Assembly (NCBI GenBank): GCA_964448705.1
Contig: CAYUZS010000004.1
Coordinates: 20,105 to 84,104 of the forward strand
Source of the DNA: an uncultured Gammaproteobacteria bacterium
GTDB lineage: Bacteria; Patescibacteriota; Microgenomatia; UBA12405
Direction: 5' to 3'
DNA: 64,000 nucleotides
This document shows, in pieces, positions 1-10,284 of this stretch. A model generated the notes under the pieces. The model saw only the letters and a list, made by a program, of their open reading frames with translations. It had not been told where the DNA came from and did not search any database. The number at the start of each line of letters is the position of its first letter. The first letter of the stretch is position 1. Made by a program: the position numbers and the translations under genes.

Positions 1-495
1 GTCCTCGGCAAAGCTGCTGTCCTCAACTCCGAACTTGGGGATATCGAAACTCCTCGAGTAGTCTTCGACGAGCACACTCAAAACACCTACCTTTTTAATA
101 ATTGTTTTAATTCTTTTTTTCCTTTCCAAAACCATCAGGGTTCTATACTCACTAATCAAAAAGCCGTCACCGTTCTTGGTACTTTTTTGGAAAACGAATC
201 CCTTTTCCAGAAATATTTTCAAAATAATCTTACCGTGATTGAAATGGAATCCGGTCCGTACCTCTCTGCCATCACCGAGGCCACCTACGATCAACAGCTC
301 CCCCGCCACACTCTTGTCGACCTTCACACTGCTCCCTTTGATGTTGGAATCATTAACTATACCTCAGATACCCCCTATTCTCAGGCCAAAAATCTTGGCA
401 CTGGTTCACTGGAATTAAACGGTGCCGAACCTGTTTATCTCGGCACCCTCGCTATATTGCAGCGCATCATCAGTCTCGAAGAGTCTCGGAAATAA
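1..495 (+). CDS. 5'-partial CDS; C-terminal ~165 aa of an unidentified protein
   Basis: Frame 1 is open from nt 1 to the TAA at 493-495. Track ORF 187..495 is its tail. 'VIEMESGPY' weakly recalls the phosphorylase-superfamily motif; this is not decisive. Confidence 0.35.
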   Translation, partial: VLGKAAVLNSELGDIETPRVVFDEHTQNTYLFNNCFNSFFPFQNHQGSILTNQKAVTVLGTFLENESLFQKYFQNNLTVIEMESGPYLSAITEATYDQQLPRHTLVDLHTAPFDVGIINYTSDTPYSQAKNLGTGSLELNGAEPVYLGTLAILQRIISLEESRK

Positions 496-508
496 AATTA
501 GAATTTAC

Positions 509-2446
509 CTAATTTTTCATCAACTCCTCAAATTCTTTTCCTTCAATTGTTTCCTTCTCCATCAGGATCTTGGCTAATTCATCGAGTTTCTTCCTGTTTT
601 TCTTTAACACCTTTCTCGCTTCATCAATTGCCCAATTAATCGTCTTTTTTATCTCTTCGTCTACTTTTTCCTGCATTCCGTCAGAGATTTTTGAAGGTTC
701 CACCCAGGCTTTTCCAAAATCACTTGAGTCAACTTGTGGCCCCAAATTCACCGGCCCCAAATCGCTCATTCCCCATTCCACCACCATATTTCTGGCAATA
801 TTAGTCGCATGTGAAATATCGCCGCTGGCTCCGCTGGTAATATCTCCGAACACGATTTCCTCAGCCGCTCTTCCTCCCATAGCCATTGCCATTTTTTTCA
901 TCAATCTCGATTTAGTTTGATGAACTTCGTCTCTAGCCGGTGGAGTTAATGTAAATCCCAACGCCATTCCTCTTGAAATAATTGAAATTCTCGAAACCGG
1001 ATCCAAACCTTCTGCAAAATTTACCACTGCATGCCCGGCCTCGTGATAAGCCGTCATCGACCTGTCTTCTTCGCTTTGCTCTCTCTTTTTTTCTGATCCT
1101 AATTGCACCTTCAAAGCCGCATCATTAATATCTGCCATAAATATTTCTTTTTTATTTTCTCTGGCAGCTTTAATGGCTGCCTCATTAAGCATATTTTCCA
1201 AATCAGCTCCGGAAAAACCAACCGTTCTTTTTGCCACGTTTTCCCAATCCACATCTTTTTCAAATGGTTTACCTTTGGCATGAATCGCTAAAATATCTTT
1301 CCTGGCCGGTAAATCAGGCAGTTCCAAGACAACTCTTCGGTCAAATCTTCCCGGTCTCAATAGAGCCGGATCCAACAAATCACCCCTGTTTGTTGCAGCC
1401 AAAACCACTACTGCCGTGTTTGGTTCAAAGCCATCCATTTCCACTAAAATTTGATTCAATGTTTGTTCCCGTTCACCGTGTCCGCCGTCTATTCCTCCTC
1501 TCATTCTTCCGATCGCATCTATTTCATCAATAAAAATTATTGCCTTACCTGCTTTTTTGGCTGTACCAAACAAATCTCTTACTCTGGATGCTCCCACTCC
1601 CACCAACATTTCCATGAATTCTGAACCGGCCATGGAATAAAAAGGCACATTCGCTTCACCAGCCACTGCTTTTGCCAATAATGTTTTTCCTACTCCGCTT
1701 GGTCCTACCAACAGAACTCCTTTTGGTGCTCTGGCTCCCATTTTTATATATTTGTCCGGATTCTTCAAGAAATCCACTACTTCCACTAAATCATTCTTTG
1801 CCTCTTCTACTCCGGCTACATCTTTAAAACTTAAGTTCTGTTTTCCTTTCACAAAAAGTTTTGCTGTCGATTTTCCAAAACCAAACATTCCGCCGGTTCC
1901 TCCGGAGGATTGTTTTCCAAAAAACCAGATAATAAACAAAATTGGCACTCCGATTGTCAGTAAAAGTGTCAGGATTTCTCCTGCCATTTTCCATCCTTGT
2001 CGGTTGTTAACCGAAAATTTAACTCCATCCAGATTTATTCCTTCTTTTTGTAACACTTCGGTCATCGACACTGTCGGTTCTTTTGAAGAAACCAAAATTT
2101 TTCCACCATCTTTCATCGTCGCCATCACTTCATCGTCAGACACTACAATTTCTTCGGTTTGCCCATTTTTTATTGATCCGATTAATTCCGACAACGACAC
2201 GCTTACAATTTCCTGTGGTATTAGCAATTGTCTTAAAACCGACAAACCCCAGAACAACAATATAATGTACATTAATCCCTTTAAAATCTGTTTCGGGCCG
2301 ATTTCAATTTTCTTTATTTTTACTCCTGGAGGTAATTTATCCAGAACTTCTTTTGGAATTTCATTATTTTTTTTATTATCCCCTTTCTTTTCAACCTTAC
2401 TCATCATTTTTTTAATCTTTTCACCAAAATTCATCTTATTTTTCAT
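509..2446 (-). CDS. ftsH: ATP-dependent zinc metalloprotease FtsH
   Basis: N-terminal TM segments; AAA Walker A 'GPSGVGKT'; second region of homology; zinc-binding 'HEAGHAVV' (HEXXH); 645 aa, typical for FtsH. Confidence 0.95.
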   Translation of the reverse strand: MKNKMNFGEKIKKMMSKVEKKGDNKKNNEIPKEVLDKLPPGVKIKKIEIGPKQILKGLMYIILLFWGLSVLRQLLIPQEIVSVSLSELIGSIKNGQTEEIVVSDDEVMATMKDGGKILVSSKEPTVSMTEVLQKEGINLDGVKFSVNNRQGWKMAGEILTLLLTIGVPILFIIWFFGKQSSGGTGGMFGFGKSTAKLFVKGKQNLSFKDVAGVEEAKNDLVEVVDFLKNPDKYIKMGARAPKGVLLVGPSGVGKTLLAKAVAGEANVPFYSMAGSEFMEMLVGVGASRVRDLFGTAKKAGKAIIFIDEIDAIGRMRGGIDGGHGEREQTLNQILVEMDGFEPNTAVVVLAATNRGDLLDPALLRPGRFDRRVVLELPDLPARKDILAIHAKGKPFEKDVDWENVAKRTVGFSGADLENMLNEAAIKAARENKKEIFMADINDAALKVQLGSEKKREQSEEDRSMTAYHEAGHAVVNFAEGLDPVSRISIISRGMALGFTLTPPARDEVHQTKSRLMKKMAMAMGGRAAEEIVFGDITSGASGDISHATNIARNMVVEWGMSDLGPVNLGPQVDSSDFGKAWVEPSKISDGMQEKVDEEIKKTINWAIDEARKVLKKNRKKLDELAKILMEKETIEGKEFEELMKN

Positions 2447-2497
2447 CTGCCCATTATACCATTCCGATTCAAATTAAACCTTTATTTTTCCTCTTTA

Positions 2498-2740
2498 TTA
2501 ATCTCCGCATTTTCTCTGATTATTCCCCGCAGACCCCTCATGTATCTTCTCGGCATACTCTGTCAACACCTTATCCAATCCTTTTTTTGAAACATTTTGA
2601 CTAGACGATTTGGCAATATCACTTAATTCATTATATAAAATTCTCTTTGGCGTTCCTTGCGTCACTCCTCTATCAATATCCCCCAAAGTTGGTTTTATAC
2701 TCATCTTATCTGCTCCTGCCACAATTAATTCTACTCTCAA
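2498..2740 (-). CDS. hypothetical small protein (80 aa)
   Basis: ORF only. 4-nt overlap with the upstream RNHCP gene suggests co-translation. No recognisable motif. Confidence 0.3.
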   Translation of the reverse strand: MRVELIVAGADKMSIKPTLGDIDRGVTQGTPKRILYNELSDIAKSSSQNVSKKGLDKVLTEYAEKIHEGSAGNNQRKCGD

Positions 2741-3075
2741 TTATTAATTAATTTCAACAATTCTTCTCTATCATCATTTTTATCGGCCTTAACCGTAAAT
2801 TGATGTTGGCACCCCAAACATTTATATTGAATTTTATAATCTCCTTTTTCATATAATACTCTCAGTGGTTCCATCATTTTTCGACAAGTACTTGCTCTGT
2901 CGCCGGGGATTTTTTCATCCACATGTCTTCCCCATAAACATTTTGGACAATGATCCGTATATCCGTTTCCTTTTATTTCCATTCCGCATCTGCCGCACTT
3001 AAAGTCCTCCACTTTTCGAACGAAGTTTCTTCTTTCTTCTTTATCAAAATATCGGTCCGAAATTAATTTCTTCAT
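2737..3075 (-). CDS. RNHCP-domain zinc-ribbon protein
   Basis: Cys pairs 'CGRCG', 'DHCPKC', 'CLGCQ'. The 'YTDHCPKCLWGRHVD' block matches my recollection of the RNHCP (PF12647) signature. Confidence 0.5.
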   Translation of the reverse strand: MKKLISDRYFDKEERRNFVRKVEDFKCGRCGMEIKGNGYTDHCPKCLWGRHVDEKIPGDRASTCRKMMEPLRVLYEKGDYKIQYKCLGCQHQFTVKADKNDDREELLKLINN

Positions 3076-6047
3076 TTGCTGATTTCTACTCCCATTTTAA
3101 TATCTCCGCTTAGTTTTTGATTAAACAACAGCTTACCGTTAACTAAAGATGCCGATGGTTCCACTTGAACTGGTTGCCATTCATTTGGTATAGATACCAG
3201 CGACACCAGTGCCGTATCTCCAAATCCCGATTGTTTTTGTATGTAATCCAGATACGAAAAAGATTTTTGTTTGCTCAAATTAAGCGAGTCTGCATACCGG
3301 ATTTCAACTACTCTCTTACTCCCGGTCGGTACTGTCACCAGAAATCCGATTTCCTTTTTACCTTTAATTGTATTAATCGTTAAATCATTGCTTTGTAATA
3401 TTTTTTTAGCTCCTTCATTTGTTTCAGATACACTAACTTCAGCCAAATTCGAGCTCTCCGGAATATAAACTCTTAGATAGTTTTTATAGTCACCTCCAGG
3501 CCAACTTTTGCTGGTTGAAGTATTTTCATAGGTAATTTTCACCACTCTTCCTAAAGTGTTTTCAGTAATATCCACTGTCTGATCAATACTTCGATAAATA
3601 AAATAGTTTGCCTTGTTTACCCCAAAATTAGATTCCACCACATACAGATAATCTGCAAAACATTGATCGGTTGCGCATTTTCCGTTATATATCGCCCCAT
3701 TCCAACCCAGGTTTGCCACTATCGCTGCCGTCTTACTGTCGTTCAAAGCTATTTGAATTTCATTATTTTCCAGCATTCGTATCATCGCCTTCGCCAACAG
3801 TAACTTTTTTTCCGGTTTTAATGTTTTTATCGATTCAAACAATTGTTTACCCACCGCTCCCAGAAAACTTGCCTTTTGTGTCGAGCCGGGAAAAGAATTG
3901 GTCTCCGAATAAAACTCCGCCTGTTCATATAAATTATCCTTATTAATTTTTTCCTTAAAATCGGGTACATAAATTTCACCCACCACTTCTAGTAATGCTT
4001 TTGCCACAGCCAAATTAACTCCGATCACTCCATCAACTTTTCTTCCGGTTTCTTTTTCCAAAAACCATTGGATATCTTTCGCTGCTGTCGGGAAATCTGC
4101 TTGCCAATTAGCATCCCTCATAAACCAATTCGCCTCTCCGAGATGATTTTTTATCGGCAAAGGTGGTTCTACATGACCTTTCAATTGGCCGTCTGCTTCA
4201 TAAATATCTTCAACTTCAAAATTCAACAGCTTTCCTCCTTCAAAATTCAAAGCTGCCCACGAACCTATAAATCCCCCACCGGCCCTAAGTTCACTTTCAT
4301 TTTGTAAAAGCACCATATAATCTTTTCTTTTCCCCTCAACCCCAATAATTTGTGGAATAAAATCCATCGATTTTTCGGCTAAAGATACCAGTTTTGTTGC
4401 CTCATCGAGTTGGTTTTTAATTATATTAAGATTGTTTTTCCATCTGCCCGGAAGCCAGTTCCAATCACCCGATAATCTTGCCTGCAATATACCTAGATCA
4501 CTTTCTCCATTTCTCAAATCATCCTTTAATGCCGTTAATTCTTCATTCCACTTAATATCTTTATCAGTAAAAATGGCTTCACTAATCTTTTCTGCTCTCT
4601 CACTCAAACTTATTACCTTCTCGCTTAAAACCAAAGACTGCTCCGCTATTTTTAGTCCTTCCTGATATCTTCTCCCCCACAACCATTTATTTCCTCCCCA
4701 ATTATCTATTGTAATTTCTTCTTTTCTTACCGTGTTTATTGTCTTCTCTGCCAGATTACTGGCTTTCTTAAAATCTCTGTTTTCAACTAATTGTCGAACT
4801 TCTAATATATTCCTGACTATTTGATAATTTTTCAAAATAAATCCCATTCCTAAAATCACAATTAAACCTAAAATACCGGCTGCTATCAAAAGACCGTATT
4901 TTTTGGCTCCGGTTTTAATACCTCCCAACTTTATTTTTGGTTTTTCTTCCGGCTTTTTTTCTTCATTAATTATTATTTGCGGCTTCAACTCCAACACCGG
5001 TTTTTCTATCTCTTCTTTTTTCATTATCAGCGGTTTAATTTCTTCATACTCTTCTTCAATAATCTTGTCATCTTCGGCATAATTTTCTTTTACATTTACC
5101 TCTTCAACCTCATATTTCACTGTCTCTTTTTCTTTAGGTTCCTCTTCAACCATCACTTCAAACCTTTTATCGGGTTTCTTCACTTCTACTTCTTCTTCTT
5201 TAAAATCTTGATAAACCGGATAATCGTTCACCGTTTCTTGTTTCAGAACTTTCACTGTTTCTTTATTATTTTTCTTCCGGCTCTCTTCGTCAATTTTGCT
5301 GAAAAAATACTGTAAAGTTTCTTCTATACCTTCATCAAATTCTACTGTTGGTTGCCATCTTAATTTTTTCCAGTTTGCAAACACCTCCTCACTCTCGGCT
5401 GACGTTAAATTGAATTTCTTTTCTTCAACCTTAAATCTTGTCATTTTCCCTTTATCAATCAATACCTTCGCTATTTCTTCTGAATTCGTTTCTTTTCCCC
5501 AAACACTAAAAGTTTCATATTCTGTCCCCGACAAAAAAGTAGCCCGTGAAATAGCTTCCTTTATATCCTCTATTGCCAGCAATCTTAAACTAACGTTTTT
5601 TTCCGGTAGCCTTAAGTTCTTATTAGCCACGGTTAATTTAATCGCTTCGATTAAATAATCTACTTCTCTGGTATTTTCTTTCTCTTGATCAATCCCTGCT
5701 CCGTAAACACCGTGTATATTCACAACTCTCCAATTAGTTTTAACTCCTTTTAGTGCCATTCCCGGAACTATTGTTCGGTTAACCCCTACAACTGTCAATT
5801 TCGCTTTATCGTTCTCTGCTCTGGCCCAAGCTTCCTTACTTTCTTCAAAATCAAACCAGTAATTTGTCGATTCGTCAATTTCTCCTAAACTATTTCGAAA
5901 TTCTAAACCTGATATATACCCTATATTTCCGTTGTATTCACCTACACCATAGACCTTTATATCGTTCTGTATCAGTAATTTTGCCAGCTGAATCGCTCCA
6001 AATCTATCGATTCCGTTAATTACTGCTACTGGCAGTTGATTAGACAT
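3072..6047 (-). CDS. fusion protein: NAD-dependent epimerase/dehydratase-like Rossmann domain + K/E-rich linker + single TM + DUF4012-like C-terminal domain
   Basis: N-terminal ~250 aa resemble SDR/epimerase ('VNIHGVYGAG', C-terminal 'WQPTVEFDEGIEETL'). TM 'YGLLIAAGILGLIVILGMGFIL'. C-terminal region with 'LRAGGGFIGSWAALNFEGGKL' recalled as DUF4012. Confidence 0.5.
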   Translation of the reverse strand: MSNQLPVAVINGIDRFGAIQLAKLLIQNDIKVYGVGEYNGNIGYISGLEFRNSLGEIDESTNYWFDFEESKEAWARAENDKAKLTVVGVNRTIVPGMALKGVKTNWRVVNIHGVYGAGIDQEKENTREVDYLIEAIKLTVANKNLRLPEKNVSLRLLAIEDIKEAISRATFLSGTEYETFSVWGKETNSEEIAKVLIDKGKMTRFKVEEKKFNLTSAESEEVFANWKKLRWQPTVEFDEGIEETLQYFFSKIDEESRKKNNKETVKVLKQETVNDYPVYQDFKEEEVEVKKPDKRFEVMVEEEPKEKETVKYEVEEVNVKENYAEDDKIIEEEYEEIKPLIMKKEEIEKPVLELKPQIIINEEKKPEEKPKIKLGGIKTGAKKYGLLIAAGILGLIVILGMGFILKNYQIVRNILEVRQLVENRDFKKASNLAEKTINTVRKEEITIDNWGGNKWLWGRRYQEGLKIAEQSLVLSEKVISLSERAEKISEAIFTDKDIKWNEELTALKDDLRNGESDLGILQARLSGDWNWLPGRWKNNLNIIKNQLDEATKLVSLAEKSMDFIPQIIGVEGKRKDYMVLLQNESELRAGGGFIGSWAALNFEGGKLLNFEVEDIYEADGQLKGHVEPPLPIKNHLGEANWFMRDANWQADFPTAAKDIQWFLEKETGRKVDGVIGVNLAVAKALLEVVGEIYVPDFKEKINKDNLYEQAEFYSETNSFPGSTQKASFLGAVGKQLFESIKTLKPEKKLLLAKAMIRMLENNEIQIALNDSKTAAIVANLGWNGAIYNGKCATDQCFADYLYVVESNFGVNKANYFIYRSIDQTVDITENTLGRVVKITYENTSTSKSWPGGDYKNYLRVYIPESSNLAEVSVSETNEGAKKILQSNDLTINTIKGKKEIGFLVTVPTGSKRVVEIRYADSLNLSKQKSFSYLDYIQKQSGFGDTALVSLVSIPNEWQPVQVEPSASLVNGKLLFNQKLSGDIKMGVEISK

Positions 6048-6256
6048 ACGTTAATTCTAAATCATTTCACTTTCTTAAGCCTAGCGGTAAAAGTTCGGAT
6101 ATTATGCGGTTATTATCAATAATTTTGTTGTTAAATGTAAGCACGTGAAAAAACGTCATAACAGGTGTTGTTATATATATAAGTTTTGTTAGTACCGGGT
6201 AATTAAATAGTTATCGATTCGTAGCTATGAACTCAATCTATTTTTGAATTTTTTAC

Positions 6257-6291
6257 GTGTCAAAAATGTACTGACTGGACATTTTTGACAC
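6257..6291. promoter_or_regulatory. perfect 13-bp inverted repeat GTGTCAAAAATGT-N9-ACATTTTTGACAC
   Basis: Read directly in the intergenic region between the flippase gene end (6343) and the DUF4012-fusion gene start (6047), both on the minus strand. No U-tract follows on either strand. Confidence 0.4.
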
Positions 6292-6342
6292 TAAAAAACT
6301 GTCATTATTATTAAGGGAAAACTATCTCAAAAAAAAATGCTT

Positions 6343-7581
6343 TTACTCAGTTGCCAACGTCTTTGTTTTTTCTTGTTTCCACAAAAAATAGCTCATTGCC
6401 AATAAATCAATTGCTTCCGTAGCCACGGTCACTTTCGCCGCTCCGTACATTCCTTGATGGGGGATTATCAACCAATTTGCGATTACATTAAACAGTAATC
6501 CTATTACCCCCACCAACAACATCTTCTTTTGTCCGCCTCTGGCAATTAAAGTAAATCCCACTAAATGGCCAAAATAAGTAAAAGCACATCCCCATACCAA
6601 AATTCTTAATATTGTTGCTGCCGGCGCATATTCCGCTCCTGCCAACACCCAAACCATCCATGGAGCTAATACAGTCACTGCACAAACAATTATTATTACT
6701 CCCAATAAAATCAACAATAACGATGACATAAAAAGATTCTTTTTACCTTTCATTGTTGAAGACATCATTGGAAAAATGCTGTTTACATAAAAATAAGCCG
6801 GTTGAATCAACACTCCGTATATTTTGTAGGCCAATCCATAAAAAGCTACTTCAGTCGCACCCATAAAGTTTTGGATCATCATACTATCAACCATTCTGTC
6901 GTAAGCCGCAAACAACACTAAAAAAACTCCCATCGGCCATGTTTGTTGCCACAGACCTTTTATTTTTTCAAAATTCCACCTTTGTTGAAAATCGGTTTTT
7001 ACTTCTATTATTTCTTTGTAATTCTTCACCATCAGCCACCCTGAAATCATTGACAACACTCTGGCACCTAAATAAACCGCAAATACCCACATTAAATTTA
7101 CATGGCCTTTCCAAATTACCAACGCGCTCAAAAAGAGTAGGGGAAACAATACATCCACAATTACCTTTTTGTGCATTTTCAACTTACTTTGGAAAATAAT
7201 TTCTCCGACTCCGAATATTGACGTCAACCACACCATCACCAATGCCACTGCCGCCTCCACCCTTATTCCTTCAAATCCATTCCAAAAACAGACCACCAAC
7301 ATTCCCAAAAGCCAGGAAAAACCTGTCGTTAAAAATTTCAATTGCAATAAATTTGCTAATACTCTTTTTCCCTTAGAAACTTCTCTTATTCCAATCGTTT
7401 TTTCTCCAAAATCGGAAATCGCGTCCAAAAATACAAAAGTTGAGGTTATTAAAATAAAATACCCATAATTAGAAACTCCCAGTTTTCTGGTCACTATTCC
7501 TGTTGTCACTAAACTGATCAAAACGGTAATTGCCTTGCCTCCGATCTGTACCAGCGTATTCCAAATTGATTTTTTCAACAT
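6343..7581 (-). CDS. polysaccharide/oligosaccharide flippase (MOP/Wzx-type, Polysacc_synt family)
   Basis: 412 aa with about 12 predicted TM helices; N-terminal 'LVQIGGKAITVLISLVTTGIVTRKLG' is typical of Wzx/MurJ-like exporters. Confidence 0.55.
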   Translation of the reverse strand: MLKKSIWNTLVQIGGKAITVLISLVTTGIVTRKLGVSNYGYFILITSTFVFLDAISDFGEKTIGIREVSKGKRVLANLLQLKFLTTGFSWLLGMLVVCFWNGFEGIRVEAAVALVMVWLTSIFGVGEIIFQSKLKMHKKVIVDVLFPLLFLSALVIWKGHVNLMWVFAVYLGARVLSMISGWLMVKNYKEIIEVKTDFQQRWNFEKIKGLWQQTWPMGVFLVLFAAYDRMVDSMMIQNFMGATEVAFYGLAYKIYGVLIQPAYFYVNSIFPMMSSTMKGKKNLFMSSLLLILLGVIIIVCAVTVLAPWMVWVLAGAEYAPAATILRILVWGCAFTYFGHLVGFTLIARGGQKKMLLVGVIGLLFNVIANWLIIPHQGMYGAAKVTVATEAIDLLAMSYFLWKQEKTKTLATE

Positions 7582-7624
7582 ATTCCCATTTTACCCTTTA
7601 TTTTACTGACTGTTTTCGTTTATT

Positions 7625-8911
7625 TTACAATATTCCCAACATTATCGCCAAAAGCCATGTATTTTGTGGCAAAGTCAACCAGTAATGGTCTGTCATTCCG
7701 CTGATAATTACCAATCCCAGCCACCACCAGTTGTTATTATTTCTTTTTCTTTTTAAATTTACGATTAGTTTCCAGCTCACTGCTAATAGTCCCAAAACTC
7801 CGATTTCCGATCCTATTAACAGGAAAACATTATGAACCGGTTGAAGCCAGTTAAAATATCCACCCGAATTGTATTTATCTAAATTAGGGATAAAATTCCC
7901 CGCTCCGACTCCCACCATTAAATTACTCTTCCACATTCTGATTGCCGCCAGGTTCAATTCCATTCTTTTATTCCATCCGTCAATATCCCATCCTCCCACA
8001 AAATCACTTATTCTATAATTCACATTTACTATGCTTGCTGTTAAAATCATTACCCCGACTATCACTATCAAATATCCCCATTTAGTTTTTAAGGAATCTT
8101 TCTCTTTAAAAAATTTCGTATAAATCAACACTAATAAAATCAAAGTTAACAACCAAACTGTCCTGCTTCCGGAAAGAACAATCGCCAATACACCACACCA
8201 CACCACTACCCACCACCAAATTTTTTTTAAAGTATTTTTTTGTGGTCGGATTTTATCGTCAGTAGGGGAGTATTTGTTTACCCACCAACTCAAACTTATT
8301 AAAATAAATCCCGCCAAACTGTTTGGATGGGAAAACGTTCCATAAGCTCTCACTAAACCCTCTCCCCACACTGATATCTGAGCAATTCCGATTGTTGTGA
8401 AGTCAAATCGTCTTTCTCCCAACCACCACCAAAAACCTTGTAGACTTCCTCCCTTTATCACTTGAGACAGTCCTAATATACTTTCCGTTACTATCCAAAC
8501 TGGAATAACTAATTTCAAAAATTGATTTACACTTTTTCTGTTATTCCAGACATATTTAAACATCCACCACCACTGACCTAATCTTAACCACCGATAAACT
8601 GCTGTTGGTTTATTTACCGCTACCAAAATATTTATCACTATAAACAAAAACCAAACTAGATTTTCAAAATTCAATACTTTTTTAATTAACCCCCTTATAT
8701 TCGTTCTTCTTAGCCGCCCCAAAAACAAAATAATCCACCCAATGTCGATTAAATATAAAGTCGGGGACAAATAATCAATTCTTATTCCTTTCACCAAACT
8801 CCAATTCGGCCAAAAATGTTTTCCCAACTGTGTGGGTATCAGCAGCATTACCAAAAATAAGCTCCATTTCTCCGCTTTTACCCAAAATCTTTCCACGCCC
8901 CATCTTAACAC
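7625..8911 (-). CDS. O-antigen ligase/polymerase-like (Wzy_C-type) polytopic membrane protein
   Basis: 428 aa, Trp-rich polytopic protein. 'GSRTVWLLTLILLVLIY' block resembles the Wzy_C region. Sits next to the flippase. Confidence 0.45.
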   Translation of the reverse strand: MLRWGVERFWVKAEKWSLFLVMLLIPTQLGKHFWPNWSLVKGIRIDYLSPTLYLIDIGWIILFLGRLRRTNIRGLIKKVLNFENLVWFLFIVINILVAVNKPTAVYRWLRLGQWWWMFKYVWNNRKSVNQFLKLVIPVWIVTESILGLSQVIKGGSLQGFWWWLGERRFDFTTIGIAQISVWGEGLVRAYGTFSHPNSLAGFILISLSWWVNKYSPTDDKIRPQKNTLKKIWWWVVVWCGVLAIVLSGSRTVWLLTLILLVLIYTKFFKEKDSLKTKWGYLIVIVGVMILTASIVNVNYRISDFVGGWDIDGWNKRMELNLAAIRMWKSNLMVGVGAGNFIPNLDKYNSGGYFNWLQPVHNVFLLIGSEIGVLGLLAVSWKLIVNLKRKRNNNNWWWLGLVIISGMTDHYWLTLPQNTWLLAIMLGIL

Positions 8912-8948
8912 AAAAGATAATTTCTTATAATCTGAATATCAGATTAGT

Positions 8949-9419
8949 TTATTCCTTGACTCGGATCACTACATGACGGTTTTCACCTTCACCTTCTGAT
9001 TCTGTCGTGATTCCTTCCATATCAGCCACCGCCATATGACAAATCCTTCTCTCGTAAGAACTCATGTTTGTCATCACTGCCGGATTACCGGTTGCTAATA
9101 CTTTTTTAGCCAAACCTTGTACCATATTTATTAGTCTATCCTTTTGCTCTTGACGATAATTATTTACATCCAATAATATTCGTACCCACTCACCAATTTT
9201 GTTTTTAACTGCCAATGACAACACTAATTGTATCGCTGCCAGATTTCTACCTCTAAAACCAATCAAACCGGCAGGGTTGGCTACTGTCAAACCAACTAAC
9301 ACCTGGTTTTCTTCACCCTCCATGTCTTCCACAAAAGCTTTATCGATTTCAAAATTCATTTTTTCCAGCATTTCACAGGTCAGCTGTAGGATTTTTTCGT
9401 TTCTCTCTTTATTATTCAT
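8949..9419 (-). CDS. jag: RNA-binding protein Jag/KhpB (KH + R3H)
   Basis: KH-like 'GLIGFRGRNLAAIQLV'; R3H-like 'MSSYERRICHMAVADMEGITTESEGEGENRHVVI'; lies immediately downstream of yidC as in Gram-positive-type origin regions. Confidence 0.8.
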   Translation of the reverse strand: MNNKERNEKILQLTCEMLEKMNFEIDKAFVEDMEGEENQVLVGLTVANPAGLIGFRGRNLAAIQLVLSLAVKNKIGEWVRILLDVNNYRQEQKDRLINMVQGLAKKVLATGNPAVMTNMSSYERRICHMAVADMEGITTESEGEGENRHVVIRVKE

Positions 9420-9461
9420 GTGCCTATTGTATCATGGCTTTAGCTTCAGATTTAACTTCAA

Positions 9462-10244
9462 CTAATTGCTGTTTTTATTAAATTTTCCCACTATTAATTG
9501 CTGTATCAGCATCACTCCGCTGTTTACAAACCAATACAGTAAAATTCCCAACGAAAAACTCCATCCGATAATGATCGTCATTATTGGCATCATGTATGTC
9601 GACTGCGTTCTCATCATCTCCATCATGTCATCTTCTTTTTCTTTTGTTTGTTTCACTGCTTTTTCATCTAATTTTGGATTAGGCATCATTAGTTTTGAAC
9701 TCCAATACTGTAAAGCTCCGGATCCGAGTAATAATAACAATGGCAATACTAAATTTAATCCTATTCCTTCACTAAAAGTCTTAGCCGGAGTATCGGATAA
9801 ATTGCTTCCCATAAAACTTGTATCAAATTTAAATTCCTGATTAATCTGAAAAGACGGTATTAAATTCCTATTTATTTCTTCAATTGTTCCTTTACCTATT
9901 GAATAATTTGTCACAATATTAAAAGCCGAAAAAAACAAAATTAACACTGCTACCTGTAAAAGTTGAGGTAAACACCCGGATAGGGGATTTATACCCTCTC
10001 TCTTATATAACTCCATTTGTTCCTTTGCTAATTTTTCTTTATCGTTGCCGAATTTTTCTTTTAGTTTATTAAGCTTTGGCTGCATCTCGCTCATTTTTTT
10101 GGCCGACTTCAAACTAGGTAAAACCAAAGGAATCAAAATTAACCTAATAATAATTGTCACCAATACTACTGACCAGCCTAAATTTCCTACCAAATAGTAA
10201 AAGCCGAATAAAGCATTGATAAACGGAGCCATTAGAATGTTCAT
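9462..10244 (-). CDS. yidC: membrane protein insertase YidC/Oxa1 (short form)
   Basis: 'GWSVVLVTIIIRLILIPL', 'GINPLSGCLPQLLQVAVLILFF'; conserved position after rnpA/yidD. Confidence 0.9.
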   Translation of the reverse strand: MNILMAPFINALFGFYYLVGNLGWSVVLVTIIIRLILIPLVLPSLKSAKKMSEMQPKLNKLKEKFGNDKEKLAKEQMELYKREGINPLSGCLPQLLQVAVLILFFSAFNIVTNYSIGKGTIEEINRNLIPSFQINQEFKFDTSFMGSNLSDTPAKTFSEGIGLNLVLPLLLLLGSGALQYWSSKLMMPNPKLDEKAVKQTKEKEDDMMEMMRTQSTYMMPIMTIIIGWSFSLGILLYWFVNSGVMLIQQLIVGKFNKNSN

Positions 10245-10284
10245 TATTTTTTAAAAATATTAAAAACTACCTTCAACAAGTTTC

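Noticed and set aside
570-2477. Plus-strand ORFs (570..920, 1103..1291, 1231..1533, 1752..2477, 2083..2265) inside ftsH.
   Set aside because: They lie antisense to a strongly supported, full-length ftsH. The translations are low-complexity with no motifs. They are typical shadow ORFs of an AT-rich gene.
6257-6291. Intrinsic terminator call for the 13-bp inverted repeat.
   Set aside because: No U-rich tract follows the hairpin on either strand and the stem is AT-rich, so it is kept as a candidate operator or structure instead.
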